This document shows, one piece after another, positions 55,390 to 64,000 of a stretch of DNA of 64,000 bases. How positions within the stretch are numbered: position 1 is the stretch's first letter; each line of letters starts with the position of its first letter. This stretch comes from Octopus vulgaris. Its lineage: Eukaryota. The translations under genes were made by a program, and so were the position numbers. The notes beneath the pieces are model-generated. The model worked only from the letters and a program-made list of their open reading frames with translations, ran no database searches and was not told the origin of the DNA. The DNA lies in assembly GCA_951406725.2 (NCBI GenBank), contig OX597819.1:17236001-17300000 (forward strand), in the 5' to 3' direction.

Positions 55390-55686
55390 GACTAGGGTTA
55401 AGCAACAAGTTGCTTAACCACATACCGAAAATTTATAAATAGCACCCAAAGACCGCTTATTCTTATTTACAACAGGCATAGCTCCACATATAACATTACT
55501 TGTAACTCACTTAGGCAAAAGAAGGAAAATAACGAAATCAAACAGTCTTCGGTCAGTTGTGGATGCGTTTCTGGGTTAGAATTATAAAAAAACTCATTCC
55601 CATCATCAGCACAACCATCCAGTAAATTATAAATTTGGAAATACTATTAACCTACCTCTTGCACCCCGGGATACACACACACATAC

Positions 55687-55717
<31 letters not shown>

Positions 55718-56447
55718 AAGTACTGGTTTCGATCCGGTGATCAAAGTTTTCTCATAACTTCGGCATGACTCATGACTTGTGCAATACAAGAGTGAGACAA
55801 AATGAACGGAAATTTTTCAGATGGACTCAGTCTGCAAGTCAGTGAATCAATAATCACACAGGTGCACACACACACCCCGCACTCACCCCCACGCACACCT
55901 AAATCCCACACACGACATAAATCCCACATTCGACATACATCCCACACACTCACATATCGAAACACTTACACGCATGCATGCACAAATTGTTACACTTATT
56001 CTACCTAAGTATCACCAGAAATTTACATTGTCTCTGGAGTACTCAGCCATTTAGGTTATACTACAAAAAATTGTTCAGTTGATCAGATCAATTGATTACT
56101 CGTCGTTGAAACCGACGGAGGATCCATATTTGTGATGAAAGATGACATGAATGTTATTCCTAAAGACACCCGACATAAAAAGGGCGACAGAGGTTCTTTG
56201 TTCAGCAACATGAAATGCGTCTCCGTTGAAGCGTATAGTTTGAAAGTGTGTGCTCGTGTGTGTGTGTTTTCAGTAAGTGTCTTCTATTCGAGCCCTGTAC
56301 CAGTGAAACAATAGTTATGATCATCCCAAAGAAATCCCGAAAAACCATTGAAAATATCAACTCAATGCTGGGTTTGGTGAAGAAAGGAAAAAATGTTGTT
56401 GTTTATGAGCAAGTTTTGAATATATTAGACAGGACAAAGCCACCTTA

Positions 56448-56505
<58 letters not shown>

Positions 56506-56921
56506 TATATAATGGTTACAGAGGACAACAAACATTAAGGCAAAGCAAACATCTGAAGTCGTATACAATATTATTATTGGAAAACATTCAAAATCTTACA
56601 GCTGTTTCTGGGATATCCCCGAGTCATCTCATTAATATATACCATCCTCATTGTCCCTATTTCCCCCCTATTTGTCTATGATGGCTCCATAACTACCATC
56701 TCAGCTATAACCCTGGAGCCCCAGTAATCCGTTACAACACTTATCTAGCGTACCTAATCGTTTAGATCACCTGTGAATTAAACTCCCATACTTTGTACAT
56801 ACTTTTTTCCCCTATATATACCCACTTAAGTACAGTTCTATATTTAAGAGATGAGGAATTATGTACATTATTTACATTATTTACATTCGACGGATATTTG
56901 TCCTCATCTTGTTTGTAGTTA

Positions 56922-56967
56922 ACACAATGTTTCGGCTGATATATAACCTCCAGCCTTCTTCAGGTGT
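56922..56967 (-). ncRNA. Minimal type I hammerhead ribozyme motif
   Basis: ACAC CUGAAGA A GGCUG-loop-CAGCC GAAA CA UU GUGU. Confidence 0.68.
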
Positions 56968-57010
56968 CTTGGGTAAGTGTTGTAAGTGTTGACGGTAAGT
57001 GTTGTAACAG

Positions 57011-57244
57011 CAAGGCGGTGAGCTGGCCGAATCGTTAGCTAGCCGTGTGAAATGCGTAACCGTATTCTGTCTGCCGTTACGTCCTGAGTTCAAATTCCGC
57101 CGAGGTCGACTTTGCCTTTCATCCTTTCGGGGTCGATAAATTAAGTACCAGTTACGCACTGGGGTCGATATAATCGACTTAATCCGTTTGTCTGTCCTTG
57201 TTTGTTCTCTCTGTGTTTAGCCCCTTGTGGGTAGTAGAGAAATA
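57011..57244 (+). mobile_element. SINE family A1 with 17-bp TSD
   Basis: TSD GGTAAGTGTTGTAACAG at 56994-57010 and 57245-57261. Confidence 0.95.
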
Positions 57245-57334
57245 GGTAAGTGTTGTAACAGATTACTAGGGCCGAGACGATAGTTATGGAGCCATTGCAG
57301 ATTTCTGACGCAGCGGGTGTAAAATTGCTAAAGA

Positions 57335-57427
57335 GGACAGCAAACATTAAGGCAAGGCAAACGTCTGAAGTCGTCTACAGTATTGTATAGACTTGAGGTG
57401 TTTGCCTTGACTTAATGCTTGTTGTCC
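57335..57427. repeat. Imperfect palindrome made of two inverted copies of the 56520-56570 segment
   Basis: ggacagcaaacattaaggcaaggcaaac..tgtttgccttgacttaatgcttgttgtcc. Confidence 0.7.
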
Positions 57428-57489
57428 ATTTTAACACACATACACACACACACACATGTATATGTGCGTGTGTGTGTGTGTGTGTATGC

Positions 57490-57700
57490 GTCTTTGTGCC
57501 TGTGTTTGTCCCTCACCACCGCTTGACGATCGGTGTTGGTTTGTTTCCTTCCCTATAACATTAGCGGTTCGGCAAAGGATCCGACAGAATGAGTATCAGG
57601 CTTAAAAATAAATAAGTACTTGGGTCGATTCCTTCAACCAGATATTCTTCAAGGTGGTGCTCCAGCATGGTCGCAGTCTATTTCCCGAAACAAGTAAAAG
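57490..57700 (+). mobile_element. SINE family B, 3' half, diverged
   Basis: ttagcggttcggcaaa..ggtggtgctccagcatggtcgcag. Confidence 0.78.
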
Positions 57701-57794
57701 ATTAAACAAAATCATCTAAACTCCATTTTCACAGATTATCTTCGTCTGAGAACTAACTGTTAACTTTATGGCTGCCGTTGTGCGATCGAATTCC

Positions 57795-57864
<70 letters not shown>

Positions 57865-57987
57865 GTGTGAGTGTGTGTGTATAAAGTTAAACCAAACATG
57901 AAAACACAAGGAGAAAACACAACAACGCGAGGACGTGGAACAAGTATATTGCTATTGGACGCTCAGGAGAGGAAAGAAAGGAGGAGG

Positions 57988-58022
57988 ATTTAACGTTTCG
58001 AGCGGAGCTCTTCGTCAGAAAC
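57988..58022 (-). ncRNA. Minimal type I hammerhead ribozyme motif in a PLE-like remnant (about 57885-58092)
   Basis: GUUU CUGACGA A GAGC-UCC-GCUC GAAA CG UU AAAU. Confidence 0.7.
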
Positions 58023-58090
58023 ATAGGAAAAGGAAAGATCCAAAGAAGGGAAGACGGAGGAAAACAAATCGTCAACGATACACACGCGGT

Positions 58091-58162
<72 letters not shown>

Positions 58163-58195
58163 GGTTTGGAGATGATGTACAGATATTTTATATTA

Positions 58196-58227
<32 letters not shown>

Positions 58228-58228
<1 letters not shown>

Positions 58229-58628
58229 CGCAGGAGTGGCTGTGTGGTAAGTAGCTTGCTAACCAACCACATGGTTCCGGGTTCAGTCCCACTGCGTGGC
58301 ATCTTGGGCAAGTGTCTTCTGCTATAGCCCCGGGCCGAATAATGCCTTGTGAGTGGATTTGGTAGACGGAAACTGAAAGAAGCCCGTCGTATATATGTAT
58401 ATTTATATATATATGTATGTGTGTGTTTGTGTGTCTGTGTTTGTCCCCCTAGCATTGCTTGACAACCGATGCTGGTGTGTTTATGTCCCCGTTACTTAGC
58501 GGTTCGGCAAAAAGACCGATAGAATAAGTACTGGGCTTACAAAGAATAAGTCCCGGGTCGATTTGCTCGACTAAAGGCGGTGCTCCAGCATGGCCACAGT
58601 CACATGACTGAAACAAGTAAAAGAGTAA
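58228..58628 (+). mobile_element. SINE family B
   Basis: Full-length match. Confidence 0.92.
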
Positions 58629-59769
58629 AAATATATGTGTGTGTGTGTCTATAGGAGGACGTTCGCACTGCTGTTTTGCATCTTATAAGAATACAAAATG
58701 TACTAAGAAATTCCATATAGAGCAGTAATACAAATGTAGATACCGCGATGGATACGAACCCTTAACTCTCCTCTAGAACCTCGTTCTAGTAATATTATGG
58801 CTTTCGCAGAGCTGCATAAGCCGCCTCTCTACCACCATCTCCAAAGCCTCGAATTTTGAGGTTAACATTTCCATATAAAGCTCATTATTCGCGAAGTAGG
58901 CGTTTTAACCAAAATTTATTTTACCACAAGAATAAAGAGTTTTAATTAGACTAATTAGATCACGTGGTATTGTACAAGAAATGTTTCTTTTTTATGGTTG
59001 CTATTTGCTTTATCGTTGTCTTCGATTCTAGTTTGCATTTGCAGATGATTATACGTTGATCACAGAATGTGTAAAGATACTCATGTGATTTTCTTTCCTT
59101 TTCCATCGATCTACCAAGATTTATTTAATTGTCATGGCTCTTTTATATTACACTTTTCCAAATATATGCGTTAACATTAGATATTAATATGAAAGACGGT
59201 TTTAATTGATCAAGATAAGAGTTGAAATTTGAAGACTTAACGTATATACACGTATACACGCACACATATGCACTCAAATTTATAGTATAATAGAACGTTT
59301 GTGTATGCTACAGTGCAATGCTGTTGCTTGCAGCTAATCTTGCAACGTAAACTTAATATGATAGGCAGATTGACACCTAAATATTAATCAAAATAGACGT
59401 TTAGAATAGGGAAGCTTACATAAAATTATTAGTGCCTTCCCGTAAATGTATGTTACAGTGTTTAATTTTACGATCTTTTATTATAAATAATTTCTGAATC
59501 CTTTTAAACAATAGAGAAGAAACTTGTGTTAGAATACAGTAGATGTCATATTTAACCCACTTAAACGTTGATGTTCTTTTAGAACGAACTATACAGCGGT
59601 AGATACCATGGCTTTTGGTGCCAAATTCACTCTTGTTTATATCGCTAGCGGGGAGATAAATCTACGCCATCTCCAGATCATGTGATTTCTATCTTCTTTG
59701 GTCTCGTCAATGGTGTGGAGATGAGTCGCTTCCATCTCTTTCTAAATATAGAGGGTGCGTCAGTTGCTT

Positions 59770-60770
59770 TCAGGTTATTTGTATTACTTTAGAGGAAGAC
59801 ACATGCCTCATCAAAGAGAAGCTATATTGGTAAGCAAATTGGTACAAATGATCTTGAGAATCCTTCTATCACACCTATTCAATGAATCAACCGTTGACAT
59901 CAATGGCTGCTTCTGTACGTGGTCAGAAGCGCTGACATGCCCGAATAAGATGAATTTTAAAAATCAATTCTGTACATAGTTATTGCGGACTTGAGATAGT
60001 GTATGGTGTTATGGGGTATTGATTGACCAATCTCTCGACTACGCCCTATACGTAATAGTCAGGTGGATTGAGGTCTGATGAGCTAGGAGGCCATATATCT
60101 GGGAGACTGGCACACACCTTTGCTTGGTTTGTAATGGAGATTGGTACGCATCTATGCTTGGTTTCTTGTAGCCTTATAAGACAGCACAGTGTCTTTTTGG
60201 TAGACGCACAGTTTTCCATTGCCTATTCTGTCTATTCAGGGCCTCACAATTTTCTGCAGAATCCCTGCGTTGATTCTTAAACTCCGTGAAAAAGAGTGAG
60301 GAACGAAGCATGACATCTCCTTCGTTGCTGATAACTCCCAGAGCCATCAGAGTTGTTTGGAAATTAATATACATGGCCGTTGGAATCTCGTTTGGGTCTC
60401 TGCTTTTCCTTCAGTTTACCCTTCCGTCTTGTTCAAAGTTGATCTCATCAGAGAAAAAGCCAAGCATTTCAACCTCTTCACTGATCGAACAGATTCTCTA
60501 TTGTCAGCTCCGACATAAACTGACTCCTCCGCTTCACATATAACTTGTAACGGATGTCCTCATACACGACTCTTCTGATGGTGCATTTTGAAAGCTCGAG
60601 GTCCTTTGCAATGGTTCTCGTTGACTTTCCGGGGGTTTTATCTAGTATTTCTTGAACTTTTTCTACAAAGTTGTGTGTTGTGAAGATATTAGGACTCTGT
60701 GCATGTGAGTTATCCTTCTATCATTATGCTGCGCTTTTAAGGCAACGATTGCAGCGCGCCTTTTCATTTA
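59770..60770 (-). pseudogene. Tc1/mariner-superfamily (maT/DD37D-like) transposase remnant
   Basis: FFSDEINF; MALGVISNEGDVM; WPPSSSDLNPPDYYV*G; frameshifted. Confidence 0.82.
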
Positions 60771-61648
60771 CCGAATCAACCTGACGTCTGACATTATTGA
60801 TCTGAAAAGCAAAGTATAAAAAGTTAGAAGAGAGTTACAAGAGTTGTCTTCACAAAAGCTGTCGCAACCTGTGTATATATACCATGGACGTTACATGTAT
60901 TTATATCGAACTCTTTCACCCAAAGGCAATCACAGAAAATGGCCACTGGAAAGAAGATAGTACTGGTGGTGCCCCGGTATGGCCACAACCTTTGGGTTGA
61001 AACGCATAAAAAATAAAACAATTTCTATATCTATAATATATGCATGCGACGGGCTTTCCCATAGAGAACGACTAATGAGAGCTCATTAACATTCATCTGT
61101 GCGTAAAATGCTTTGCTTGTTATTTCTGGACAATAATTGAATTTGTTGAACATGAAATAAGTTTCTGTATATTCTACCCCACTTTGTACACGTAATTGTG
61201 TCACCTAAACTGTACCCAATATACCTCATGCCAGACACAGATGAACCCCTTCTAGGGAAAGTACAAACAAAAAGGAGCTGAAAACATTTTACCTCATATA
61301 TGAAGTTATCTTATAAATACTAAACGTAGGCCTAAGTGCATCGCAGACACAAAGTGGAATACACAGCATTATATCTATCAGTGCAAAGCTACACTTCCAA
61401 CCAGTTGCTGCCTTGGTTGAGATTTCTGAACAGGTTTACCCTTGCTTTGCTGCAGTAAGGGGTAAGAGACAACTTCCAGTGAGGCACACTTTTCAAAACT
61501 GGCCACGGTAATACATACCTAACCTAAATATTGCAAGCTTGTGTCTAATTGAGTCTATGATGAGTTCTACTGATTTTTGGTGCCTGATCTTTATATTTCG
61601 CGTGCATGTGTATGGAAAACCTTGTTTTCTAACCGAGCTCTGTGTTTG

Positions 61649-61700
<52 letters not shown>

Positions 61701-61706
<6 letters not shown>

Positions 61707-62030
61707 AAAAAGTCTTTCCAATATAACATAGCAGTCTTGGTTTAGGACGAATGTTGCTGTAATTTAGCCCCAGGAGACATCGTGTCCTTATATCTTAGCA
61801 CAATATCTGTGTATCGCGATTTTCGGGTTATTTCCCTTCATCAGCACAGAATAATTGTTCGGCTAGAGGTGAAGCTGCCAAATACCCGTTCGAAATGTAT
61901 AGTTTTCAAAGTGACAACTTGTCGAAAATATATACACACAGATCGTGTTGTATATCTCCTGGGGCTAAATTACAGCAACATTCATCCTAAACCAGGACTG
62001 CCGTTATGTTGGCAAACAATCTTGACTACA
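61701..62030. mobile_element. Inverted-repeat-bounded element containing a hammerhead motif
   Basis: 47-bp inverted repeats at 61731-61777 and 61955-62001 (2 mismatches), extending imperfectly outward; next to (TA)n. Confidence 0.72.
61806..61850 (-). ncRNA. Minimal type I hammerhead ribozyme motif
   Basis: UCUGUG CUGAUGA A GGG-AAAUAA-CCC GAAA AUCGCGA UA CACAGA; 6-bp stem I, palindromic stem III region. Confidence 0.75.
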
Positions 62031-62698
62031 AAGTACTGTTGATGAATATATCTCGTTGGGAGATTTACAAATAGTAATTTTCTAATATTAATTCGAATAT
62101 TTATAGCTTGTATTAACACTATGAATATTACTTAACATTAAGGTTTTTAATATAAATTACTTAATAAGTATAAGATTTTATTTAGATGTTTATTAAATAA
62201 ATTAATTAATTAATAATTTAATTTAATGTATATAAGATTAAATTATAGTATTTAGTTTCCACTTAATGTATATTTTGTATTTTATACATATATATTTGTT
62301 TTAAATATTTTAATTAATTGCATCTTATTTTTATTCTATTTTTTTTATTTAAACAAGAATATATTTGCTTAGATATTTCGTATTTTACAAGATTATTTAC
62401 GTATATTTATTAATTTATCTAATTAATTATTTTATTGTTTTTATCTTTAACCTGAAGAGTGGCTATATTTATATAGAAGTGATTTTACTATTATTATTAC
62501 TATTATCATTTCTTAAACATAGCCACGAAATACGCGTCGTTATTCTACCAAATATATACGTTTTATTTACTATTTTGCACATTACTTAATCATTGTTTAA
62601 TGTTTTATCTTATATTAAATCTTTCTATAATATGTCATTTTTCAAAATGGTGTAATTTACTCTTTCATTATTGAATTGATAAAAGGTGTTTGTTTCTA

Positions 62699-62764
<66 letters not shown>

Positions 62765-63165
62765 ATGTGTATCATTCTTAAACAAGAATGTTCTTGATAG
62801 CGACTTGAAAGTTTCGGCTAGCAAATCCATTGTCCGACAATGGGTTAGCTGGCCGAAAATTCGATGTTGTGAGTAAAAAGGTTATATTGCCTTTCGTTTG
62901 AACCATTTCTTTTCTGTTGAAAAACTACTGACATCGAAATGAACAAATAGACAGAACTAATTTGGAATCGCTGACAAACTATGAAATTGTTGTAATTTTC
63001 GGAGCAAGAAATGGCAACGAACACGCTGCAGATTCGGTGAAACGCCGACTGCTACTCAAAACTTACTATGAAAGTTCGCAGAAAATTCTTGAGTGCAATT
63101 TCTTGGAAGCAGACGAGAAACAACAGAACGGATGTAGTAAATACTAACATTTAATACACACACGT

Positions 63166-63204
<39 letters not shown>

Positions 63205-63205
<1 letters not shown>

Positions 63206-63240
63206 CATCATCATCATCATTGTTCGACCGTGGTCGAGAC
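63205..63240 (-). mobile_element. Extreme 3' tip of the RTE LINE
   Basis: Reverse complement gtctcgaccacggtcgaacaatgatgatgat is identical to 20070-20100. Confidence 0.8.
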
Positions 63241-63549
63241 TTTCATAGTATTTTCAAATGGCTAATAATGTGTGCGCGCGCCACTACTACACACATTGGA
63301 AAGCATTGTACAACCAAGTACTAAAGAAGATCTTTCCTCCTCCATGAAACAAAGCTGTTCCCGCTGGACCTCAACCCAGTATTTCTAAGCTACGGACCGA
63401 GTGATTTATTGTAAGGTTATCTCCCTAGATAGATTGCCTTCACTACGGCTAAGGAGCCCTTTCTACCCCACATATATATACACACACACATAACTCTCAA
63501 AGCTCACCAAGAATTTTTAGATAAGAAGCACGCTTTTTCGTTTCACACA

Positions 63550-63570
63550 CAGAATATTTATATATATAAT

Positions 63571-63642
<72 letters not shown>

Positions 63643-63921
63643 AACATTTATAGATTTAAATATAAATAGTATACATACATGCACACACACATACATATAT
63701 ACATACATACAGCCATACATACATACATGCATACACACACAATATTTATATCTATAATTATGTGTATATACATATATACACATCATATAAATGTTTATAG
63801 ATTTAAATATACATATTATACATACATGCACACACATACATATATATATATACAAACAGCCATATATACATATATACATACATACACACACTCAATATCT
63901 ATATCTATAATTATGTGTGCG

Positions 63922-63952
<31 letters not shown>

Positions 63953-64000
63953 ACATTTATAGATTTAAATATACATATTATACATACATGCATACACATA
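63550..64000. repeat. Degenerate tandem array mixed with TA/CA microsatellites
   Basis: tttatagatttaaatata and tataattatgtgt each recur three times. Confidence 0.75.

Overview
AT-rich, microsatellite-saturated animal DNA with no recognisable host protein-coding exon, so it is intergenic or deep intronic. The repeat content looks like an octopod cephalopod; this is an inference from recalled SINE and LINE sequences, not a database result. Nearly all long ORFs in the supplied track are translated microsatellites. The real content is a dense set of mobile elements: about 35 tRNA-derived SINEs (working names A-E); LINE remnants of the Tx1/L1, R4/Dong, RTE and CR1 clades; Penelope-like (PLE) remnants; non-autonomous Helitrons; and decayed hAT, MULE, mariner and maT/Tc1 transposases. 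Four observations stand out. (1) At least five unrelated repeat families each carry a minimal type I hammerhead ribozyme fold, some with non-canonical cores; one lies directly downstream of a PLE GIY-YIG C-terminus and several sit in inverted or permuted structures. (2) A Tx1-like LINE is stacked in (TATC)n and shares its 3' tail with SINE subfamily A1, whose target-site duplications all begin GG(T/C)A. (3) Different retroelements appear to occupy different microsatellites: TATC, TAA, CATA and TA. (4) SINE heads and tails are swapped in a modular way. All alignments and folds were done by eye, so coordinates may be off by a few bases.
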